Of a stretch of 32,000 bases of DNA, positions 8,185-17,315 are shown piece by piece (the first letter of the stretch is position 1; each line of letters begins with the position of its first letter). The stretch covers positions 150,001-182,000 of the forward strand of contig NZ_AP019769.1 of NCBI RefSeq assembly GCF_023169545.1, given 5' to 3'. The translations under genes were made by a program, and so were the position numbers. The DNA is from Nanobdella aerobiophila (GTDB lineage Archaea; Nanobdellota; Nanobdellia; Nanobdellales; Nanobdellaceae). Below the pieces are notes generated by a model that searched no databases, was not told the DNA's origin, and worked only from the letters and a program-made list of their open reading frames with translations.

Positions 8185-9597
8185 ATGATTGATAAAGATG
8201 TTATTTTTATAAATGATAAGAGTAATATTGCTTTATGTACTCTTTGGTCTAAGAAGGAGCATATTTTTAATAAAATACCTTTAGATCATAGAAATAAAGT
8301 TAATTCTATTGGAACTCTATACACAATAAATGGTATAAATTATGTCCTACAAACCTTGGGGGAAAGAAATAATATAGATAAGATAATAGTTTATGGACCG
8401 GATCTATCATACTCTGGGGAGGCGCTAATTGATATATTTTCTAAAAAGGATAAAGATACATATAATAAATATAAATTAAGGTTAAAATATGAAGATATAG
8501 AAAATATATTAAATACTGTAAATATAATAGATTTAAGAAAAAATTTTTGGTCTAATGATCTAGATTCTTTATTATTATCTATAGATAATAATTATAGAGA
8601 AAATAAAGGTATTAGAAAAAAAGCAATTCTTAGTATAAATGAAAATGTAGAAGAGATAAGATCATGGCCAATGCAACTTTCTGGTGAATTTATATATGAA
8701 ACATCTGTATTCGCAGCATGGGTAAAAGGTTTATATATAATAAATGAATTTGGAATGACTAAGAATTCCGATTATAATGAAGAAATAAAAGAATTTTTGA
8801 ATTTAATGGTTACAATAGATCTACATGGTAGTAGTTATGAATTAGAAAAGGATTTTTTTCATTATATACAAGAACAAGATTTTAATAAACATATAAAAGG
8901 TCTATCTATACCAGAAGTACCAGAAGGTGTGGATTATACATATGGAAATAGATTATTAAGTTATAATGGCAATCAAATAGAATCAATAATAAATAAACTT
9001 GGTAGAAATGCAAACTCTAGAAGGGCTCTTGGCGTTACATGGGATCCAAAAATTGATCAGGATAGTGTAAATCCTCCATGTATAATATCAATAAATGGAA
9101 ATATTACCGATAATCAATATACTCATACAGTATATATAAGAAGCAATGACTTTTTTAGAGGATGGCCTTTGAATATCTATGGGCAAATCTATCTAGCAAA
9201 ATATATAGTAGATCAGATAAATAAAAGATATGGTAAGAATATAATACTAAAGAATATTACTACAATTTCTACATCCGCTCATGTATATAGTCATGATTTT
9301 GAGTATCTAAAAGATGCATTAGATAAATATGGATATTTAATTAAAAGATTTATACCAGATCCAAAAGGAAATTTTACAATAAAAACTGAAGATGGTAAGA
9401 TTATATTAGAACATAGAACTCCAGATAATACTAGCATAGATTTAAGGTTAAAAGGAGACTTTAATTATATATATAACATGATAAAAGGTTATCCATTTTA
9501 TACTCTACCAAGCCATTCATTATATCTAGGAAAAGAACTAAAAAAAGCAGAGGAAAGTATTCGAGAAGGAAAAAAATATACACAAGATGAGGTATAG
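8185..9597 (+). CDS. fusion protein: MtrA-like domain + thymidylate synthase-like domain + DUF4346-like C-terminus
   Basis: N-terminus IALCTLWSKKE...SIGTLYTINGINYVLQTLGERNNIDKIIVYGPDLSYSGEALID. Middle NPPCIISINGN...VYIRSNDFFRGWPLNIYGQ...TSAHVYSHDFEYL keeps a ThyA-like catalytic Cys region. C-terminus DPKGNFTI...HSLYLGKELKKAEESIREGKKYTQDE. Confidence 0.75.
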   Translation: MIDKDVIFINDKSNIALCTLWSKKEHIFNKIPLDHRNKVNSIGTLYTINGINYVLQTLGERNNIDKIIVYGPDLSYSGEALIDIFSKKDKDTYNKYKLRLKYEDIENILNTVNIIDLRKNFWSNDLDSLLLSIDNNYRENKGIRKKAILSINENVEEIRSWPMQLSGEFIYETSVFAAWVKGLYIINEFGMTKNSDYNEEIKEFLNLMVTIDLHGSSYELEKDFFHYIQEQDFNKHIKGLSIPEVPEGVDYTYGNRLLSYNGNQIESIINKLGRNANSRRALGVTWDPKIDQDSVNPPCIISINGNITDNQYTHTVYIRSNDFFRGWPLNIYGQIYLAKYIVDQINKRYGKNIILKNITTISTSAHVYSHDFEYLKDALDKYGYLIKRFIPDPKGNFTIKTEDGKIILEHRTPDNTSIDLRLKGDFNYIYNMIKGYPFYTLPSHSLYLGKELKKAEESIREGKKYTQDEV

Positions 9598-9599
9598 AG

Positions 9600-9890
9600 T
9601 TAAAGGAGATTTATCCTTTTTATCTTCCTTAGAGCACCTCTAGCTATTAATTCTTTTTCAATAAATTCTAAAAGGTCAAAAGTGTTAATATATTCAGTAT
9701 AAGATGATAAATTTTGAGGAATTACATTTGATTTGATATCCTCGTAGTATTTAATCAATGTACCTGTAGATGTTGAAGCTAACTTGCATCTTATATCTTT
9801 TAAAAAGTCCTTATCTATGTTTTTTATTTTCTCTTCCATTCTATTACTTATAGTTTTATAATTTATATAGTTTATGTTAACAATAAACAA
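9600..9890 (-). CDS. hypothetical protein; the real start may be the internal MEEKIKN
   Basis: Open frame with coding-like composition, packed between convergent and same-strand neighbours. Confidence 0.5.
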   Translation of the reverse strand: MFIVNINYINYKTISNRMEEKIKNIDKDFLKDIRCKLASTSTGTLIKYYEDIKSNVIPQNLSSYTEYINTFDLLEFIEKELIARGALRKIKRINLL

Positions 9891-9907
9891 TAAATTAAAA
9901 AACTTAG

Positions 9908-10534
9908 CTACGTACTAATTATAATATCGTCTTCTTTTTTTATACTATATTTTCTTTTTAGTAAATATCCATATAGGAACCCGAATAGAGTTCCTCCAAT
10001 ATGTGCTGAAAATCCTAGATTAGTAAAAGGATAAAATATTCCAATAACATTAAATAATAACCATATTATTGCTCCATATATGATATCTATTGGAATTATA
10101 ATAGGAAATATTATTATCTTTTCTTTTGGTTTTAGTATTGCTAGTGCACCCAATATACCTGAAATAGCACCTGAGGAACCAAGACCTGCAATCATCGGAT
10201 TATTAAAATATTGAATTAGAAATGCTATATTTCCAAAAATACCTGCCAATAAAAATAATATTATCAGATTTTTACTTCCATAATTATATTCAAATAATAA
10301 TCCTAAAAAAAATAATGCTAACCCATCAAATAATAATTGAAATATACTGTTGGGTTCATCAAGAAATAAAGATGTAATAAAGGTCCAAGGATAATTTAAT
10401 GCATAATGTGGGGCAAAGTATAATAATCCAAAAATAGATGGTGGTATGAAAAATTCTAAGATAAAAACTAATACCAAAATTATATCTAATATTATAGTAA
10501 TGGGCTGACCGAAAATTTTCCATATCCTTCGCAT
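9908..10534 (-). CDS. rhomboid-family intramembrane serine protease
   Basis: 208 aa, about 6 TM, GLGSSGAISGILGALA (GxSG serine motif) and NLGFSAHIGGTLFGFLYG (catalytic His motif). Confidence 0.9.
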   Translation of the reverse strand: MRRIWKIFGQPITIILDIILVLVFILEFFIPPSIFGLLYFAPHYALNYPWTFITSLFLDEPNSIFQLLFDGLALFFLGLLFEYNYGSKNLIILFLLAGIFGNIAFLIQYFNNPMIAGLGSSGAISGILGALAILKPKEKIIIFPIIIPIDIIYGAIIWLLFNVIGIFYPFTNLGFSAHIGGTLFGFLYGYLLKRKYSIKKEDDIIIST

Positions 10535-10569
10535 AATTTAAAAAATTGTTATAATATATTTATATTTTA

Positions 10570-13002
10570 ATGAGATTAGATCCAGATATAAAGCCAATAA
10601 AATATTCAATAAGCCTAAATATTGATATAGGTAAATTAGAGTACTTAGGATATGAAGAGATATCCATCAAATTTAATAGACCAAAAGATAGGATAATAAT
10701 AAATTCTAAGGATATAAAGATTAGTAAGGTTAAATTTGATAATTTATTTGTAGATTTTAGGCAAGTTGGAGACGATTTATTAGAAATAAACTTGAAAAAG
10801 AAATATAGTGGCGAAGGAAAATTATATATATCATTTAAGGGTAAGATAAGAAATGATTTAATTGGCTTTTATATTAGTAATGGGGAAGATAAAATATTAA
10901 CTACTCAATTTGAACCTACGTATGCAAGATATTTTATACCATGTTTCGATGAGCCAATATTTAAGGCAAGGTTCCAATTGAAAGTTTCTGTAGATAAAAA
11001 TTATGATGTGATATCAAATACAGATATAGAATCGGAGGATATAAATAATAATATAAAAACAGTAAAATTTAAAGAGACACCACTTATGTCTACATATTTA
11101 TTATATTTAGGCGTTGGAAAATTTGATTATTTAGAAGATAAGTATAACAATAAGAAAATAAGAGTTGTTGCAGATGGAGGTAAGGCAAAAGATGGAGAAT
11201 TCGCTTTAAATTTTCTGAAAGAGGTATTAAAATATTATGAAAAGTATTCTACAATAGATTATCCATTAAAGAAGTTAGATCTGATCGCTGTTCCAGATTT
11301 TGCAGCAGGGGCGATGGAAAATTGGGGAGCTATTACATTTAGAGAAACTGCTTTATTATATAATGATAAGTTATATTCTAATTCTCAAAAGGTAAGAACT
11401 ATGGAGATTATAGCTCATGAGTTATGGCATCAATGGTCAGGAAATCTAGTGACAATGAAATGGTGGGATGATTTATGGTTAAATGAATCCTTTGCTACAT
11501 ATATGGCTTACAAGGCTATAGATGAATTATATAAAGATGAAGATGTATCAAAAGGTAGATTTTATTTATTGGAAAAATATAATGCTAAATTTGCAGATGG
11601 CATTATCTTTACACATCCAATAAAAGTTAAAGTTGAGAAAGAAAAAGAAATTGAAAGTATATTTGATGATATAAGCTATGGTAAAGGAGCTAGTATATTA
11701 AATATGATTGATAGTTTTATTGGCTATGATAATTTTAGATTAGCTGTAATTAATTATCTGAATAAATATAAATATTATAATGCTTCTGCAGAGGATCTAT
11801 TTAAGGAATTTGAACTTATATCTGGTAGAGATATAAAATCAATGATAGAAAGGTGGATAAATAAAGCTGGATATCCAATCATAGAGGTAAACTATAATAG
11901 AGATATAATTAGTTTAAATCAATCGAGATTTGTTTTTAATAGAAAAGAAAATTCTAAATGGATAGTACCTATATTTCTAGATATACAAGATGAAAATATA
12001 AATACATTATTTAATAGAGGGAGGGGAAGGATAATATTAAAAAGAGAACCAGATTATTTTTCTATAAATAGAGACGGCATAGGATTTTATGTATCTAATT
12101 ATAATAATATGAATTATATAATTAATGGATTAAAAAATAATAAATTCTCATATTTAACAAGGGGAAATATACTATATGATGAATATTTATTGAATTTATT
12201 TGATAAGGTAAAAATAAATAAATTATTAGATCTATTAGATTATTTTAAAGATGAAGATAACTGGTTTGTATTAAATATAATCTATAATATATTATATAGT
12301 ATAAATATCCATTTTAATTTAGAAACAAAATCATTTTTAAAGAGGTATGAAGATATATTTAATAAGCTATCTAATATTGAGCCAAATAATTATAGTAGTT
12401 TGATTAAAAAATATTTATATTATAATTATTATTCACAAATAAGGGATTACTCGATTATAGAAGATAGTTTAAGTAAATTTAAATCTTGGGACAAAATAGA
12501 TAATAATGATAGATTAATAATATCTGAAGTTGTCGGTACTCATGGAGGGATTTCCGAATTTAAAAAATTTTTAGAACATTATCAGAAGACAACTAATCCG
12601 GAAGAAAAGAATATAATATTAAGGGGTCTAACTAGTTTTAGAAGGGGTAGTTTAATATTAGATCTATTAGATAAGACAGTTGATGGTACCATAAGATTAC
12701 AAGATTGGAGAACTGTCTTTTCATATCTAACAAAAAACCCTGAAAGTCGTTTTATATTATATGAATGGTTTAAGGATAATATTGGTGAGATAAAGAAATA
12801 TGAAAAAGCATATATGATAATTAGAGATATATTTTATAGCTTTTTTAATATATATACCGGAGATATATCAAGAGAAATAAAAGATTATATAATTAAACAG
12901 TTTCCAACATATAAAAATGAAATACTGAAGTACTATAGTTATTCTGAGATATATACGAATTGGATAAAAAAGAATAAAGATATAATATATAATATAATAT
13001 AA
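10570..13002 (+). CDS. M1-family zinc aminopeptidase
   Basis: 810 aa with the GAMENWGAITFRE exopeptidase motif and HELWHQWSGNLVTMKWWDDLWLNESFATY zinc-binding HExxH-(x18)-E. Confidence 0.97.
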   Translation: MRLDPDIKPIKYSISLNIDIGKLEYLGYEEISIKFNRPKDRIIINSKDIKISKVKFDNLFVDFRQVGDDLLEINLKKKYSGEGKLYISFKGKIRNDLIGFYISNGEDKILTTQFEPTYARYFIPCFDEPIFKARFQLKVSVDKNYDVISNTDIESEDINNNIKTVKFKETPLMSTYLLYLGVGKFDYLEDKYNNKKIRVVADGGKAKDGEFALNFLKEVLKYYEKYSTIDYPLKKLDLIAVPDFAAGAMENWGAITFRETALLYNDKLYSNSQKVRTMEIIAHELWHQWSGNLVTMKWWDDLWLNESFATYMAYKAIDELYKDEDVSKGRFYLLEKYNAKFADGIIFTHPIKVKVEKEKEIESIFDDISYGKGASILNMIDSFIGYDNFRLAVINYLNKYKYYNASAEDLFKEFELISGRDIKSMIERWINKAGYPIIEVNYNRDIISLNQSRFVFNRKENSKWIVPIFLDIQDENINTLFNRGRGRIILKREPDYFSINRDGIGFYVSNYNNMNYIINGLKNNKFSYLTRGNILYDEYLLNLFDKVKINKLLDLLDYFKDEDNWFVLNIIYNILYSINIHFNLETKSFLKRYEDIFNKLSNIEPNNYSSLIKKYLYYNYYSQIRDYSIIEDSLSKFKSWDKIDNNDRLIISEVVGTHGGISEFKKFLEHYQKTTNPEEKNIILRGLTSFRRGSLILDLLDKTVDGTIRLQDWRTVFSYLTKNPESRFILYEWFKDNIGEIKKYEKAYMIIRDIFYSFFNIYTGDISREIKDYIIKQFPTYKNEILKYYSYSEIYTNWIKKNKDIIYNII

Positions 13003-15128
13003 TGGATAAAGATATAATTATAGTAACTTCTGCACTACCTTATGTAAATAATGTACCGCATATAGGTAATATAATAGGAAGCTTATTACCATCTGATATA
13101 TTTGCAAGATATAATAGGATGAAAGGTAATATAGTATTCTATTTATGTGGTACGGATGATCATGGATCTACTACTGAAGTAGAAGCAATAAAATATAATA
13201 TGAAACCATCAGAAGTAGTAAGATATTTTCATAATATACACGAAAAAATATACAAATGGTTTAATTTTTCTTTTGATATATTTAGTGGAACTTCTAACAA
13301 TAATATACATTATAGAATTACACAGGAATTTTTTATAAAATCTTTTATTAATGGTTATATAACCGAAAAAGAGGTAGAATTACCATATGACCCGCAATGG
13401 AGTAAATTTTTATCAGATAGATTTGTTGTAGGTACATGTCCATATTGTAATTATGAGAATGCGAAGGGAGATCAATGTGAAGCATGTGGGCGATTATTGG
13501 ATCCTAAAGAATTAATTAATCCTAAAAATGCAATAACTAAGAATCCAGTAATATTTAAGAAGACTAGACATCTTTATTTAAATCTTACAAAACTAGAGGA
13601 TAACATAAAAAAATATCTGGAAACGAAAAAAAGCATATTTACTGATCTGGCGATTAGTATGTCTTTAGGGTGGGTTAAAGAAGGATTAAAAGAGAGGAGT
13701 ATAACAAGAGATTTATCATTTGGTGTACCAGTACCTTATAATGATCTTTGGTTAGCATTAAGGAAGAAAATATTTAATGAATTGGATTTTACCTCCAAGG
13801 AAAAGTTCTTAGATTCATTTATTAATTCACTAAAAGGAAATAATTTACTAGTTCCAGAGGAAGAATATATTAAAATTAAAACTATAGTGGAAGAAAATTG
13901 GCCTCAAATTGATAATATATTAAATAAATACAACTATTTTGAATCTTATAATAATAAAGTATTATATGTATGGTATGATGCATTGATAGGATATATATCT
14001 TTTACTGCGCAATCACTAAGAAAAGAATATAGAAAGGAAGATCTGATTAATATTGATTTGTCTGGCATTAAAGTATTGGAAGAAGGCGAGAATTTTATAA
14101 AGTTAAATATAGATGGTACAGATTATAGAGTAGAATATACTATAGATAATAAAAATGTGTGGATAAAAATTGATAACAACTTTAAGAATCTTGAAAAGAT
14201 CGCAGGATTCTTATTAAGTAAAGGCTTTGAAAATGTAAAATTTAATATAGATTGGAGTTATTTATGGAAAAATGGGAAGATATATCATTTCTTAGGTAAG
14301 GATAATATACCTTTTCATGCAGTATTTTGGCCAGGTATATTATTATCAACATATAATGTTCCAGAAGATTATAAAGAATTTTTTAATTATACTGATTTAG
14401 AAAATTATAATTTACCATATAATGTTATAGGATTATCTTATCTACTGTATGAAGGTAAAAAGATAAGTAAAAGTCAAAATTGGGGTATATTTTGCGATAG
14501 CTTAATTGATTCTGATCTGGAACCTGACTATTGGAGATTTTATTTATCATATATAATTCCATATAGTAAAGATTCTGATTTTAAATGGTCTGAATTTAAA
14601 GAAATAATAAATAAAGAACTGGTAAATAATATTGGAAATATGGAGTATAGAGTCTTGTCTTTCATAAATAGATATTATAATGGTAGGATTGCAGGAAGAT
14701 TAAATGATAACATAAAAAGCAAGATAAAGGAGGTATTTGATAATTATAATAATTATATGGAAAAAGGTGAATTTCATATGGCATTAAGAAATATACTAGA
14801 ACTAGGTAATTATGGCAATAAAATATTTCAAGATAATAAACCATGGGAAAGCCCTGAAAAATATAGAGATTTATTATATTCTTTATTAATATTAATAATA
14901 TATACATATTTAATGTTATATCCATTTACGCCAACTTTTTATGATAAGTTTATAGATAATATAAATATTAAAATATATAATTTTGATGAACTAAATAAAT
15001 TATTGAACAATAATATTGAATTTACTGTAAATAATAATATAAGGCCCCTGTTTATGAAAGTTGATGATTCAATTATAGATAAAATATCTAGTATAGTAAC
15101 TCGACCCAAAAACCATTTAATAAGATAA
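13002..15128 (+). CDS. metG: methionyl-tRNA synthetase
   Basis: ALPYVNNVPHIGNIIGSLLPSDIFARY, zinc knuckle CPYCNYENAKGDQCEACG, ERSITRDLSFGVPVP, VLYVWYDALIGYISFT, FLGKDNIPFHAVFWPGILL, KISKSQNWGIF. Confidence 0.95.
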   Translation: MDKDIIIVTSALPYVNNVPHIGNIIGSLLPSDIFARYNRMKGNIVFYLCGTDDHGSTTEVEAIKYNMKPSEVVRYFHNIHEKIYKWFNFSFDIFSGTSNNNIHYRITQEFFIKSFINGYITEKEVELPYDPQWSKFLSDRFVVGTCPYCNYENAKGDQCEACGRLLDPKELINPKNAITKNPVIFKKTRHLYLNLTKLEDNIKKYLETKKSIFTDLAISMSLGWVKEGLKERSITRDLSFGVPVPYNDLWLALRKKIFNELDFTSKEKFLDSFINSLKGNNLLVPEEEYIKIKTIVEENWPQIDNILNKYNYFESYNNKVLYVWYDALIGYISFTAQSLRKEYRKEDLINIDLSGIKVLEEGENFIKLNIDGTDYRVEYTIDNKNVWIKIDNNFKNLEKIAGFLLSKGFENVKFNIDWSYLWKNGKIYHFLGKDNIPFHAVFWPGILLSTYNVPEDYKEFFNYTDLENYNLPYNVIGLSYLLYEGKKISKSQNWGIFCDSLIDSDLEPDYWRFYLSYIIPYSKDSDFKWSEFKEIINKELVNNIGNMEYRVLSFINRYYNGRIAGRLNDNIKSKIKEVFDNYNNYMEKGEFHMALRNILELGNYGNKIFQDNKPWESPEKYRDLLYSLLILIIYTYLMLYPFTPTFYDKFIDNINIKIYNFDELNKLLNNNIEFTVNNNIRPLFMKVDDSIIDKISSIVTRPKNHLIR

Positions 15129-15237
15129 ATATTTAAATAAAAAAAATATTTAATATATATGAATAAGGCCGATGAAGATCCGAACCTTAATATTATCACA
15201 AATAAATTATTTTATATTTATAAGATTATAGTCCCCT

Positions 15238-15282
15238 TTATTGTTTCTTTTCTTCTTTCTTTTTGTCTTTCTTTTCTGCCAT
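15238..15282 (-). other. micro-ORF encoding a lysine-rich 14-aa peptide, MAEKKDKKKEEKKQ
   Basis: ATG...TAA on the minus strand in the AT-rich gap, with an AAATTTTTAA TATA-like element about 25-30 nt upstream. Confidence 0.25.
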
Positions 15283-15377
15283 ACTTTATTATTTCTGAGA
15301 AATCCTTAAAAATTTATCATTTGTAGGCGATGTATAAAGATTACTAAATTGTAGTAAAACTGTATAAAGGTTAATGA

Positions 15378-15457
15378 TTTATAAATAGGTATTAAAAAGC
15401 ATATTTATAAATATTTATATTTCTATCTTGTTTATAAATACTGCTTATTTTATAAAT
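15378..15457. repeat. array of four TTTATAAAT motifs
   Basis: Exact TTTATAAAT at 15378, 15404, 15431 and 15449. TTTATAAA is self-complementary and matches the archaeal TATA-box type. Confidence 0.5.
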
Positions 15458-15741
15458 AATGAATATCGACCTGCTTATATCTAGTTGCATATTTCAATTT
15501 TCTGAATCAATATGTATAGTATAAAGTATCATATAAGTATAGTCAAGTAATTTGGTCGTGTTATTACTGGTTGATATTAATTAAGGATGAAAATTCAAAG
15601 ATATATATTTTAAACATATCTTATATCATAAATTATTTTTTTATTTATCTGAATTATTATAAAATATCTTTATTTTAAACAAGTTCATTGTATTGATGTT
15701 TTTAGATATATTTTTATATTGTCTCATTAAAATATTTTTTT

Positions 15742-16668
15742 ATGTCTTATGATATTATAGGTGATATAGCTGTAATAAAGAAACCTATGAAGTTAAGGGA
15801 AGAAGAGTATATTAAAGAAATAAGAAATAGATATAAGTTTATAAAGACAATATTATTGCAAGAAACAGATGTTTTACCTCCTTATAGGGTACCAAAATAT
15901 AGAGTATTATATGGGGAAGATAAGACTGAAACGATAAGTATAGAATATGGTCTAAAGTTTAAGGTAGATGTTGTTAGAACCTATTATTCTCCTAGATTGA
16001 GTAATGAAAGATATAGGATTGCAAAAGAAGTAAAGGAAGAAGAGGTATTGGTTATGTTTTCTGGTGTAAATGTATATCCAATATATATATCAAAATTTTC
16101 AAATGCTAAAAAAATATATTCAATAGAATGGAACCCTTTTGCTGTAAAATATGGTTTAGAAAATCTAAGATTAAATAAAATAAATAATGTTATAACATTT
16201 TTAGGAGATGTAAGAGATATATATTTATATATAGGTAATTTGGAAGATAGAGATGCCATAATAAATAACAATATTGATTATATAAATGATATAATATATT
16301 CTAATATTGAAGTAAATAACATATATTATTATGAAGAAAATGAATTAATAAAGAATATTAAATATAATAAAATTAAAAAAATAGATTTTATAAATAAGTC
16401 TATTAAATTATTCGATAGGATAATAATGCCGCTGCCGAAAGAGAGTCATAATTTTTTAGAATATGCAATACCATTAATAAAAAGTAATGGTATTATACAT
16501 TTATATCAGTTTTTTAGAGAAGAAGAAATAGAAAACAATTCTTATAATTTATTGGATGAATATTCGAAAAAACTAAATTTTGAGTATGAAATATTAAAAA
16601 TTCTTAAAGTCGGCGATATAGCACCTGGAATATACAGGGTATGTATTGATTTTAAAGTTATAAAATAA
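15742..16668 (+). CDS. trm5: tRNA (guanine37-N1)-methyltransferase, Trm5 family
   Basis: GLKFKVDVVRTYYSPRLSNERYRIAKEVKEEEVLVMFSGVNVYPIYISKF...IYSIEWNPFAVKYGLENLRLNK is a Trm5/Tyw2 Rossmann signature. Confidence 0.85.
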   Translation: MSYDIIGDIAVIKKPMKLREEEYIKEIRNRYKFIKTILLQETDVLPPYRVPKYRVLYGEDKTETISIEYGLKFKVDVVRTYYSPRLSNERYRIAKEVKEEEVLVMFSGVNVYPIYISKFSNAKKIYSIEWNPFAVKYGLENLRLNKINNVITFLGDVRDIYLYIGNLEDRDAIINNNIDYINDIIYSNIEVNNIYYYEENELIKNIKYNKIKKIDFINKSIKLFDRIIMPLPKESHNFLEYAIPLIKSNGIIHLYQFFREEEIENNSYNLLDEYSKKLNFEYEILKILKVGDIAPGIYRVCIDFKVIK

Positions 16669-16700
16669 TTTTTTAAATTTTGTAGGTCAAATATATCTCT

Positions 16701-17144
16701 ATGAGATCTGATGCATTAACTGTAATAATAATTATAATGGGTATAGTGATAGTTATATTGTTACTATTAGTATTGTTTGTTCCTGCTAAGGATATTTTTA
16801 AAGGATCAGCTTCAAATAATTATATAGTATCGTATAAAGTTTCTTATATGTATTATTCTAATTATAATATATACGCAGTAATATATAATAATGGAAATGT
16901 TAATATAGATCCTTCAAAATATAGTGTTCAAGCAGAATATTATCCTTATGGATATGAATATAATTGTAATATAGATAGTAATGGATTAATATACAATAAT
17001 AGCCAATCAACAGTTGTGGTTAATTGTACGAATAACAAGGAAATATTTGATAATCTATTATCCAATAATGGATATTATATATTCTCATTCAACTATAATA
17101 ATAATATAGAAACATATAATTTATCATCAGATCTAATGAAATAG
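16701..17144 (+). CDS. small secreted or membrane-anchored protein, pilin-like
   Basis: 147 aa with one N-terminal hydrophobic segment (LTVIIIIMGIVIVILLLLVLFVP), then an Asn/Tyr-rich extracellular-type domain with YAVIYNNGNVNIDPSKYSV. Confidence 0.5.
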   Translation: MRSDALTVIIIIMGIVIVILLLLVLFVPAKDIFKGSASNNYIVSYKVSYMYYSNYNIYAVIYNNGNVNIDPSKYSVQAEYYPYGYEYNCNIDSNGLIYNNSQSTVVVNCTNNKEIFDNLLSNNGYYIFSFNYNNNIETYNLSSDLMK

Positions 17145-17219
17145 CGGACCCAGGGGGATTCGAACCCCCGACCTACGGCTTAGAAGGCCGTCGCTCTATC
17201 CATGCTGAGCTATAGGTCC
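17145..17219 (-). tRNA. tRNA-Arg(UCU)
   Basis: Minus strand GGACCTA TA GCTC...GAGC G ACGGC CTTCTAA GCCGT AGGTC GGGGG TTCGAAT CCCCC TGGGTCC G. Full cloverleaf, anticodon TCT, no encoded CCA. Confidence 0.93.
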
Positions 17220-17265
17220 ATGGATAGATTATAATATTTTATACTTTCTTATTATAAGTCTTTTA

Positions 17266-17314
17266 TCTGCATATCGATGTTTCATCATATCTCAGTAATG
17301 CCTTGCTTCTTCAC
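17266..17314 (-). ncRNA. candidate C/D box sRNA
   Basis: Minus strand GTGAAGA(C)-AGCAAGGCATTA(12)-CTGA(D')-GAT(3)-ATGATGA(C')-AACATCGATATG(12)-CAGA(D-like). Spacing matches archaeal dual-guide C/D RNAs; the C and D boxes are each one base off consensus. Confidence 0.6.
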
Positions 17315-17315
17315 T

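Noticed and set aside
14662-15199. Two minus-strand ORFs (87 and 86 aa) across the 3' end of metG
   Set aside because: Mostly antisense to the MetRS reading frame, with hydrophobic/Tyr-rich composition typical of AT-rich shadows. The 14939-15199 ORF extends into the gap but has no recognisable features.
15984-16271. 95-aa minus-strand ORF in trm5
   Set aside because: Antisense to the conserved Trm5 core.
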